Origin: Octopus vulgaris
Lineage: Eukaryota
DNA length: 64,000 nt
NCBI GenBank assembly: GCA_951406725.2
Contig: OX597819.1
Coordinates: forward strand, 116,188,001-116,252,000
Direction: 5' to 3'
Every line of letters begins with the position of its first letter. Positions within the stretch are counted from its first letter, which is position 1. The position numbers and the translations under genes were made by a program. The notes under the pieces are model-generated. The model was not told where the DNA came from, searched no databases, and saw only the letters and a program-made list of their open reading frames with translations. This document shows, in pieces, positions 53,401 to 64,000 of the stretch.

Positions 53401-55599
53401 CCTCCCCATCTATAAATGCACACTAATGTACATGTAAATACACTTATTCTCGCGCACACATACAAATATATGCGTGTCTATATGTGATTAAAAGAATAGC
53501 GGAAAATATATTATGGTGAAATTATTATGCTACCTTACCTCCATATTTATAAATGAAAACTTAGGCAAAGCTATTAGTTAAAAAAAAAGTATCTACGGAT
53601 GGGCAGCCAAGGATACAATTTGTTATTCTCGTTGGGTTGCAGATACTAAACAAAATAGAAAACAGTGTTCCTAGCAATAACAAGCAATGCCAGTTTATTC
53701 TGCTTTATAATATGATAATACGTTTCAGAACCAAATGTTGAACTAATCAAAAAATCATTGAATGAGTATAGAAATGGATGGTGATATATGGCGGAATTAT
53801 TTAAATATTTAGATGAATTCCTAACCTTCTCATACAATTCACACAACTATGGGTAATATTTATAGATTTCAGTATTATGTGAAAATTGCTGATATGTTAT
53901 CTTATATCCGATGAAGATGAGGATGCAAGAGTTTGCTGTGAAAATATCAGAAATGATGCATCGAAAGTTAGTAATGGTTTGCAATAGGTCCGTCATTTGC
54001 AGACAGAACCAATCATTCGATTCAAATAGACTAAATGAATTTCTAAATGAAATAATTCCGATTTTCAGTCTTTTCAATGAGTTAGACCTCTTGAATATAA
54101 TGTACAAAGAAGACATTAGATAGTTAATAGATATTTTTATTGAATTTCCAAAGACATTTATGAGTGGCTGAATTAGCTGATCTTTCCGACAGCGTTAAAT
54201 TTCCATTAAATAATAGAAATAAACATAATTTTTCAAAGTGGTAAGATATCAAAACGTAATTTCAATTTACAAAAACAAAAGTTATAATGGTATTTCCTTT
54301 CTTATAAATGAGATCATAAATATTCATAGTATTAAGATCAATCATAAAAACCTTTTACCCTGTCACATGTTCCTCAACTAATTCTGTAATTTTACAAATG
54401 TACCCTGAAATACAATACATATAATTTCGGTGAACTATCAACGGTATTACTGGCTATATAAGCTTCCATAGATTTAATCACTAATAATAGCTTTCAGTAA
54501 ATGTCTTTCTGACTAAAAGTAGCGACAACAAACGTAGATGTTATCTGAAAGGCGATAGAATATATGAATTTATAGAGAAAGTAAAACTGAATTTTCTGTT
54601 TCGAATACTTTGTATCTACGGAATATGCGTTAATATATATACTTCATATATTTAGTAGATACATTCAATATTTGCGAACAAATATGTTTTGACTTCTGTT
54701 CACATCACAGGGTCTGCATTTCTTTTATGTTATTTGAATTTTTTTATTATTATTAATATATTTCTGTGCAATTTCTTTTCAAGGATAGGTAAAGAAGTAT
54801 TTTTGGAATTGCATTTTTGTTCGATAACCTCTCAGATGTCCAGAGATTTCGTGGTTGTAGGTCTGCGAAAACAAATAGTATACAATGAAGTTAGACTGCC
54901 GTTGCGTACAGTGAATTGGCATATTGAGCTCACCACAGCGCACATTATACAGCATAAAAAAATACATACATATATGTATACACACCGACACACACAGACA
55001 TACAGACACACAGACATACACATACGCATTGAGTTATAGATTGACTTAGATACTCGTGCTATATAAAGTTTCATAGACATGAAACCGCAACTCTCATTGA
55101 ATGGAAAGCAAAATGTCCGAATAGACACATAATGCATACAGCTATAATATTTGTATTCAGTGCTACTTCTATTGAAATCTTCACCCACTTATGTGCATGT
55201 ATATATATATATATATGAATTCAAAACAATAGCGGGAATCACGAGTGACAACGACGCCTAACGGTAGATATTGGAACTATAGTACAATATGAGCTCCGAA
55301 AGATTAATACATAACACAACACAGCTGATTTCATGATTTCGTTTACTAAGCTACACTACTTTATGGTGTATATCTTAACATTTACTGTACGTATTTTAAT
55401 ATGACTTTATTTGTTTTTATTCTTATTTATTTAACATGATTTTATGTGCTTTAACGGTTCTCTAGTGGTGGACAGGCCTAATGTCGCGTAAAATGACTTC
55501 ACAAGATTTATATTTTTCCACGTAATATTTTTGAATCAGACGTATATTCGAGAACAACTTAAATCGATACGACCTAAGCCGTGGTATGCTTATATATAT

Positions 55600-55795
55600 A
55601 CGCCATGATAGATCGTTAGCCACAAGACACATTTTTTTCTCTCCTTGTTTCTCTCCTTGCTGTGTCCCTTTCTGTAGAAGAGCGTGGGCTCGAAACGTAT
55701 TAGACTTTTTCTATTCATGAGCGTTATACTAATACATCTGTTTGTTTTGTACGCCACCGGTCTTCGTCTTTTGTTTTTTCGTAAACTCTCTCTCT
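55600..55795 (+). mobile_element. Short PLE-pLTR-like element with HHR-like motif
   Basis: CTTT-CTGTAGA-A-GAGC-GTGG-GCTC-GAAA-CGT-A at 55668-55699; between TA tracts. Confidence 0.72.
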
Positions 55796-55813
55796 CTCTC
55801 TATATATATATAC

Positions 55814-55851
<38 letters not shown>

Positions 55852-55932
55852 CTGTATATATATGTATATATATACATATATGTATGTATATATGTATATA
55901 TCTATATAAACGTATATATATATTCATATATG

Positions 55933-55999
<67 letters not shown>

Positions 56000-56272
56000 G
56001 TATGTATATATTGAAGTGTGTGTGTGCGTGTGTATGTGTGTGTGCGTGCGTGTAACGATCCGATGCAGATTTGTGGTATTTCTCTTTATTTGCAACAAAC
56101 TCATTGTTGAGTAGATGCTATGATTAAATACCATATTGAAAACGTCATGTTATATTTCTATTTATAATAATATCTATCCTCTTTCCCACATATACATATA
56201 TCGGTGTGAATGTATGTTTGCATGTATTTCTCGCTCCCTCTCTCTATCCCCCTTTCTCCCTCTTCTTCTTCT

Positions 56273-56307
<35 letters not shown>

Positions 56308-56390
56308 CTACAGATACAGACACACACACAAACATACACACTTATATATATATATATGTACTTTTGCATTGGTATATGTGGATATTTATA

Positions 56391-56447
<57 letters not shown>

Positions 56448-56566
56448 CCTATACACATATATACATATACACATATACCTATGATTTATATTTGAAATAC
56501 ACACACAGATATATATATACATATATATATATATGTGTGTTTGTGCATGTATATGTGTATATATAT

Positions 56567-56619
<53 letters not shown>

Positions 56620-56664
56620 CATAAATATATATATATATATATATATGCACATACATACATACAT

Positions 56665-56699
<35 letters not shown>

Positions 56700-57168
56700 C
56701 ATATAATTTGAAACTATGTCCACGTTTCAATGAATATTAATACACTGCGACTATAGAACGTTTGACAAATGAAAGAGAAAAACACAAAAGAAAGGCTGAA
56801 TAACTCTTGAAATTTCCCAAGTTCAAAGAGACAGACAATCTTTCTGCACGCCTGAACTCTTCGTGGCAATATTTCCTTATATCCGTCATCTTTCTACAGA
56901 GAACTTATCTCGTGATTTTTTGTTGTTGTTTTTGTTGAACACTATTTCACTGGTGTTGATCAATCTACGAACAGAACCATTCCATCCATGACCATATTCT
57001 GTTTTCATATATTTTATCTGTGATTTTACTGCTATTTCTAGCATCTCAGTTGACAATATAAGGCTTGCCTTATTGACATTACATTGCCGTTGGAAATTAT
57101 GATGTTTAACCCTACAAGCGTTAATTATTGATATGGTGAATGTAATTCGAAGGGACACATATATGTAC

Positions 57169-57199
<31 letters not shown>

Positions 57200-57251
57200 T
57201 GTATGTATGTATGTATGTATGTATGTATGTATCTATCTATCTATCTATATA

Positions 57252-57289
<38 letters not shown>

Positions 57290-57494
57290 GTTTGTATATA
57301 TATATATAATAACAACAATATATAATAATATATAATAATAAAAACAACAAATTACATTCTTACTATATTGTGTAAATATGTTTAGTGTGAATGATATATT
57401 CGCTAAAACTGCTCAACAAATATTAATACAACCTTTTATTAATATTTGGAGCAGCAAGAAATACAGCAACAATATACTCGAATTGCGGGTTTTA

Positions 57495-57870
57495 AATTTT
57501 CGCACAGAGCCAGCAATTTCAGCTTGGACACCAGTATTCGACTGGTACTTATTTTGTCGACTCGAAAAATGAAAAGCAAAGTCAACGACGGCCGAAGATG
57601 AACTCAGAACGCACAGACGGATGAAATACCGCTAAACATTTTGTCCAGCGTCGTAGCGATTCTGCGAGTTCACCGACTTTACATAATTGAAATATAGATT
57701 CCAAATGTTGACACAAGGCCAGCAATTTCGGGGGGAGAGGGTGAGTCGATTACAGTTACAACGACCCCAGTGCTGAACTAGTACTTATTGTATCTACACC
57801 GAAAGGATGACAGGCAATGTCGACCTCGGCAGCATCTGAACTCGGAATGTAAGAACGACGAAATATTACA
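57495..57870 (-). mobile_element. Two diverged SINE family A copies
   Basis: CTGGTACTTATTTT, AAAGTCAAC/GTCGACCTCGGC and GAACTC are reverse complements of family A motifs. Confidence 0.7.
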
Positions 57871-59252
57871 AAGAAGTGTGTCCTTCACTCATAACAACTC
57901 CTGTGTTACAAGACTATGTTTCGTGAACTGTACCTCACTTCATTGGATGTACAATTTTGCTCTGTTCCTAGTATGGGAGTGATTTTGTATATACAATCTC
58001 ACATTTAGGTGAGCTGTACCAACTACAAAATATTCACAAATTATTATACTTAACTAGATGAAACTATGAGAAAACTACTAAGAAGTCAACATAGAATTGA
58101 CTTCTTAAAAGTTACACAGTCGATAATGCATATTCGTAGATATTCAACGTGGTCATTTAACGAGGTGTTTTCATAATGCACAGAAGGAAACGCACACATA
58201 TTTCTACACAGAAATGTTAAGTGTCTTTACGTATTTATTATGGTTTTTGCGGGATTGTGCTTTAGTGTTTTGTAAGATTGTGCTTTTATGTTTTGTACAT
58301 ACATATGCATACATACATATATTTGTGTGTGTGTGTGTGTGCGTATAACAGACGAAAGACACAATTACATACAATCACAAGCATACAGGCTGAGACATAC
58401 TTACAGAAAGATACACATATATACACGAAAACTTTAGTTTTGCTATATACGAAAGTGAATATGTGTGCTAGTGATCTATAGCTAAATATTCTCAACTATA
58501 TAAGTATTGGTAATCAAACTATGCTGCTCTTACATTCCATTATAATATACAAGCTTTTGTAGCTCTGATTATAGCAAACATGAGTAGATAACACAATAAT
58601 AATGGAGTCCATAAATCACACTAAACCACTCCATAAATAATATAGTTAAAACATTCGGGTGTCGTTTTAACTGGTAGCCACTCACATTCCCTACATCAGA
58701 AGATCTTTTGAAGCATTACTTGCAGCTTTTCAGAGGTTGGTTTCATAATCAACAAACGCAACATGGAATTTATTAAAGAGAAACCATTCCATTACTTTCT
58801 GACTAATGCTTTCATTTTAAGAGCAGCCACTGATCAGTTAATTGGCTTTCAGACTTCCTGCTGAAAGTTTAGACGATATGTAACTTAATATTAGCATTGT
58901 GGTTTGTCCATGTCCCAGTTAATTCTATTGTCACCATTTTAGATATATTAGCTGTAAATATATTTATCACTGAGTGCAACAAATCATCTTTTTTAAAGTA
59001 ACTAACAGTTACATATTGAACGTAGTACCACCAACATGAGAATATAGTTATCCTTTGATAGAGTTTCGCTTGTTTTCCAAGTGCCTCGCAACCAAACTCA
59101 ACGCATTGCTATCTCCAGGACTGGTTATTCAGAAGCAGCTCCTGTGCTGTATTTAGGGTCGACACTGCAGTGGTCGATCCTGTTAGTTGGACATATAGAT
59201 TCGAGTATTTATTTTAGTTATAAAAGGTGAGTACGAGGTTATGCTGGTATTA

Positions 59253-59650
59253 TGTAGGAGTGGCTGTGAGGTAAGTAGCTTGCTTACGAAATACATGTTT
59301 CCGTGTCCAGTCCCACTGCGTGGCACCTTGGACAAGTGTCTTCTAGTATAGCCTCTGGCCGCCAAAAGCCTTGCGAGTGGATTTGATTTTGTAGACGGAA
59401 ACTGAAAGAAACTCGTCGTATATATGTATATATGTGTGTGTGAGTGTTTATGTTTGTGTGTCTGTGTTTGTACCCCCAACATCGCTTTGACAACCGATGC
59501 TGGTGTGTTTACGTCCCCGTAACTTAGCAAAGGCTCCGATAGGATAAGTACTAGGCGTACAAAGAATAAGTCCTGGGGTCGATTTACTCAACTAAAGGCG
59601 GTGCTCCAGCATGGTCACAGTCAAGTGACTGAAACAAGTAAAAGAGTAAA
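59253..59650 (+). mobile_element. SINE family B, full length
   Basis: GTAGGAGTGGCTGTG head, internal TA/TG tract, GGTGCTCCAGCATGG..GACTGAAACAAGTAAAAGAG tail. Confidence 0.92.
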
Positions 59651-59719
59651 ATAGTATATATATATATGCAAATGGATATCTTACATGACTAAAACAAGAA
59701 CTTTAGTGTCAGTTGCAGC

Positions 59720-60285
59720 CAAAACGCACATAAAAAATGTGTTTCAAGCCTAAGTTGACTTCAGACAAATGTTCGTGTTATAGCTGTTCTCCCTATCTTG
59801 TTTAATCCCCGATTATGTTCTAATTGACGCCATTCATTCCAGCTATGGTCTTTTCTGTTTTTCTGATATTATGTATCGATGGCTACATTTTTCAGCGAGT
59901 GTTTTGTTTCTTTTTAAAATCCTACATGTACTTAGTTGGACAGGTATCACTGCAAGGTATGACGACATTGTTTGGAAATAACATGACGTCGAAAACTATT
60001 GAAGATCAGTGGAACAGAACGTCGAACAAACAACTCGTACTAGAGGAAATGGAAACAGAAAGATAATATTTGGCAACAGTTAGGAAGAGAGTTAGGTTCC
60101 AGAATTTCAGCCCCAACATCGTGTAGGGAGGAGTCATTAGGAAATGAAGAAGGAGAAACCAAGAGGACGGTGATACTAAAGGATGAACTTGAATACCTGT
60201 AACTGAATGCACAACTACAGCCAGAATTGGGCAAGATGGCGCATGCGGTCATGCTCCTGGACCTTTAGTGCTGAGGATGGGAATA
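59720..60285 (+). mobile_element. Decayed RTE-class LINE 3' fragment
   Basis: SNKQLVLEEMETER*YLATVRKR, followed by RTE-like C-terminal remnants. Confidence 0.45.
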
Positions 60286-60805
60286 TGCAAAGCAAAGTAT
60301 AAACAAAAGTAGACTTTATAGAAATCTTATATTTAGAAGGTAATCACACGTAAATATGATTTTTGTTTAGCGAAGATGTTTTAATATCTGAAGCCTAATG
60401 ATTTCATTGATCCAAATAGAATGAAAGGCGAATAGTATTGAAGTATTTTTAACTGAAATATATGGATGTACCAAACACAAAATCACATTTGGTATCACGT
60501 TCTATGTATTCTCTTATTCTCCGCATTTGAAATACCTATCGATTTGTTGTAACTAAAATCAAAGATAGTATCTGGAGAAACAGAATTCTCAGTCTATTGA
60601 ACTCAACCTTATAAACTATTCGAGCTTATTACTTAGAACCAGGTGAAAGAAAACCGGAAGTCTACCGTGCCGATTTTGATACCAAACGAATTTTTGCGGT
60701 ATGTATTGAAAGACTGTAAGGCATCGATTTTGCATAACACTTTTATTATCAGTTATCTTGCCGCATTCGTTTGTGACCTTATTTAATATGAATATGACCA
60801 TCAGG

Positions 60806-60819
60806 TAATAGTAATAATA

Positions 60820-60888
<69 letters not shown>

Positions 60889-60900
60889 GTAATAATGATA
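60806..60900. repeat. (TAA)n microsatellite
   Basis: Direct. Confidence 0.95.
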
Positions 60901-61684
60901 AAGGAGAAATATAATGGGAAACATATCGCATCCATTTTCTGCTAACATTTGACAATAATAATACATTTGCCGACAGATAATACCATTTATCATTCGTGAC
61001 AACTTTTCTGTCTGAAATATCAGCAAATACAACGCGTTATAGCTTTTGTTCTTTTATTCCTAAGAGAAAACTGTCCAACTTTTTATTATTTTCACAATGA
61101 AATTTCACAGCTTTGTGTGATATTAGAAGTTGTCTGTCATCTTATTAGAATCGTTGTCTACTAACAAATTCTCTCAATCTCTCTCTCTCTCTGCTCTTAA
61201 TTTTAAAATACATAAGTTATTTGTCAAAATGATACATATATACGTGTACATCCCTATAATACCCGTATATAAAATTATGCATTAAAAGACGTGTCTTCAG
61301 CAAGTGAGTTGAACTGAGGTCGTAGGGTGAAGCATATTATTACGCAGTTAAAAATTTAGGAACACAAAATGACTAATGCTCATTTTTGTTTATTTCCTAA
61401 TAATACTGACTACTATGAAGCATCAAATGTTTAAAGTTACAGTTTAGTGATCTAATCATTGACGCAATTTAGCTATATCTGAGGAATATAATAAGCATGG
61501 GCCAGTTTAATGTCTTTTTTTTTGCGTATTTCATATTAAAAAATGTTTAAATTTAAGTTTTGGCTAGGTATAATTTCATGTGTGAAAGACTTCTTTTTTC
61601 TGAAATTTGGCTGTGGGTTTACTATTTTCGGATTAATTCCCTTTTTACTTTCCATATACTAGCAGTATCGCCCGGCGTTGATGG

Positions 61685-61791
61685 CGGTTCGTGGAGCTTT
61701 AGGTGTTTTCGCTCTATAAGCACTCACAATGCCCGGTCTGGGAACCGAAACCGCGAGTCCTCTGTCCTATCTACTGAGCCATTGCGCCTTC
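61685..61791 (-). mobile_element. SINE family C head fragment
   Basis: Reverse complement of AGGCGCAATGGC...TTCCCAGACCGGGC...ACACCTAAAGCTCCACG. Confidence 0.8.
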
Positions 61792-62044
61792 GTTGTATTA
61801 TATGAGGAGATTACTTCATATTCCTCCTGTCTTACAACTGACAAAACAGTTTCTTAGATTCGGAATCTTTGCAACAATTGGTTTGTTTTGTCTTCCAGCT
61901 TCCCTTATTTTCCCCAAGTATTTAAATTCAGTAACTCATTAAAACTTTTCTTTGCTATTCGAATTAAATTCAGTATCTTTTATTCTTCGCTTTGTCCATT
62001 TATGACTATTTTAATATTTACAACGCCTATTTCCATTCCATATA

Positions 62045-63226
62045 TTGGGTTGGTAACTAAGTTCCCGCATATTTTTAAATTTAAATTTTTTGAGAGGTTT
62101 AATGAAAAATAACAACTAATTAATCAATAATGTATTCACCCTTGTTGTTTACAACTTTTTCCCAACGTTCAACTAGATTTTCAATACCTCGTTGGTAGAA
62201 ATCACCCGATTTCGACTCGAAAAATCGATCCAACCAAGCTCTCAATTCTGCATAGCATTTGAAAGAGATTGAAAGAGGTGGAAATCTGTTGGTGCCAAAT
62301 CAGGAGAGTACAGTAGGTATGGTAGCACTTCCCAGAAATGCGTTTGAATGGCTTCCTTCGTCATATTGGCAATTTGCGGGCGGGTGTTGTCGTACAGCAG
62401 AAGAACTCCATGCGGCCCATTACGTATTTTCTCTTGAATAGCGGTGTTGAATCGTTCCATCTGTTGAACATGCAGTTTTGCGTTGACCGTTTGGTTCCGT
62501 TCATGCAATTCGTAATGGATAATCCCTTCCCAGTCCCATCATACGCACAACATCGTTTTACATGAATGAAGATCTTGTTTCATGCGCGGTGTCGTTTGTT
62601 TATCGGGACTAAGCCATTCCTTAAGCTGCTTCATATTGATGTGCAGGCACATTTTTTCGTCGCCAGTAACGATTCTGTAAAGAAATCGTTGCTTGTATCC
62701 ATGAGTTGAGCAGTGACATGCAAGCAAACCAGCAGAGATTGTGGCTCGTTGATTATTGTTGTTGTCACTTAAAGCATGCGGAACCAATGCACCATACTTC
62801 TGAACCTTTTCCATCGAATGAAGATGCTTCTCCATAGCAATGTGGGAGCATTTCATTTTCTGTGGCAGTTTCCTTGTCGTTTGATGAGAATTTTCCCTAC
62901 ATCAATCACCAATCACGAGTGGTTCTTTCAGCTATGGCACCTTCATACACAGCACAAATATCACGGACAGCTTTTGCGGCTTTAGAACCTTGATTAAAAA
63001 GCAAAATGAAGGAGTCAAGTTAAGAAAAATGCTCGTTTTTCTTAACTTCACATTGCATTTTAATGATCTGAAAATTAACAAAAATTAACTGAAATTAATT
63101 TGAAATAAAAAATAGATTCCAAAACGATTCAAAAATAGAATTCTCGAAAAACAATATTCCAAAATTTAAAACTGCAATAAATTCCAAAATCTAAAAAACA
63201 CTGCGGGAACTTTATTGCCAACACAA
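62045..63226 (-). mobile_element. Mariner (DD34D) transposon, full span, decayed transposase
   Basis: LVPHAL, RIVTGDEK, LLYDNTRP, YSPDLAPTDFHLF, RGIENLVERWEKVV; TIRs TTGGGTTGGTAACTAAGTTCCCGCA / TGCGGGAACTTTATTGCCAACACAA with TA on both sides. Confidence 0.95.
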
Positions 63227-63539
63227 TATTATAGAAATTGTATAGAAACTTGTTAGAGTTCGAAATTCTTTGAAAAATAAAACATATTAGAAACAAAAGG
63301 GAGATTAGCGTCTTACCATGACTTATCTTTTCGTGACTTAATAACTTCCATTTAATGCATTCTAGAATAACACTGAATAGACTTAGAGAAAGGACAGATT
63401 AATACTGACATATTTGTATGAATAGTTTGACTCAAACTTACTAATCGATTGACGTCACACGGAAAATGGCACAACATGGCTCAGACGCTTCAATCTCAGT
63501 AGTAAGGCAGTTAGAGTTTCTGAATAAGAAATCAGTTTA

Positions 63540-63750
63540 TTCTTTTATTCTTTTATTTGTTTCAGTCATTGACTGCGGCCATGGTGGAGCACCGCCTTTA
63601 CTCGAGCAAATCGACTCCAGGACTTATTCTTTGTAAGCCTAGTACTTACTCTATCGCGTTCTCTTGTCGAACCGCTACGTGAGGGGGTCGTGTACACACA
63701 CATGCATCGGTTGTCAAGCGATGTTGGGGGCACAAACACACACATGCACG

Positions 63751-63788
<38 letters not shown>
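63540..63788 (-). mobile_element. SINE family B 3' half with its (CA)n tract
   Basis: Matches 19141-19400. Confidence 0.88.
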
Positions 63789-63791
<3 letters not shown>

Positions 63792-64000
63792 TGAGCTGGC
63801 AGAAACGTTAGCGCGCCGGGCGAAATGCTTAGCGGTATTTCGTCTGTCGTTACGTTCTGAGTTCAAATTCCGCCGAGGTCGACTTTATCTTTCATCCTTT
63901 CGGGGTCGATAAATAAAGTACCAGTTTCGCACTGGGGTCGATGTAATTGACTTAATCCCTTTGTCTGTCCTTGTTTGTTCCCTCTATGTTTAGCCCCTTG
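63789..64000 (+). mobile_element. SINE family A, runs off the window end
   Basis: GGTGAGCTGGCAGAAACGTTAGC...TTTAGCCCCTTG. Confidence 0.93.

Noticed and set aside
53890-53986. Acidic peptide SDEDEDARVCC...GLQ* as a terminal exon
   Set aside because: There is an in-frame stop between the nearest acceptor-like AG and the peptide, and no other support.

Overview
AT-rich, non-genic eukaryotic DNA. The dense (TA)n/(CA)n/(TACA)n microsatellites and recurring tRNA-derived SINE families fit a coleoid cephalopod (octopus-type) genome; this is an inference, not a database result. I found no intact host protein-coding gene, rRNA, tRNA gene or CRISPR array. Almost all ORF-track entries are microsatellite translations or transposon relics. 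The window holds three SINE families, decayed LINEs (RTE, CR1/L2-like, L1/Tx1-like, R4/Dong-like), DNA transposon relics (Tc1, three mariners, a Chapaev3-like element with nested SINEs, Helitron/Helentron-like elements) and many fold-back elements sitting in (TA)n tracts. The most notable signal is that several fold-backs carry minimal type I hammerhead ribozyme (HHR) motifs of the Penelope-like element (PLE) type. One has a GIY-YIG C-terminus between its inverted arms (29.8-30.5 kb). One is a near-perfect 145-bp palindrome with an intact-looking HHR on each strand (48.7-49.1 kb). A further dispersed short family has a recurrent CUGUNGA core variant. All motif calls were made by eye and need computational and biochemical confirmation.
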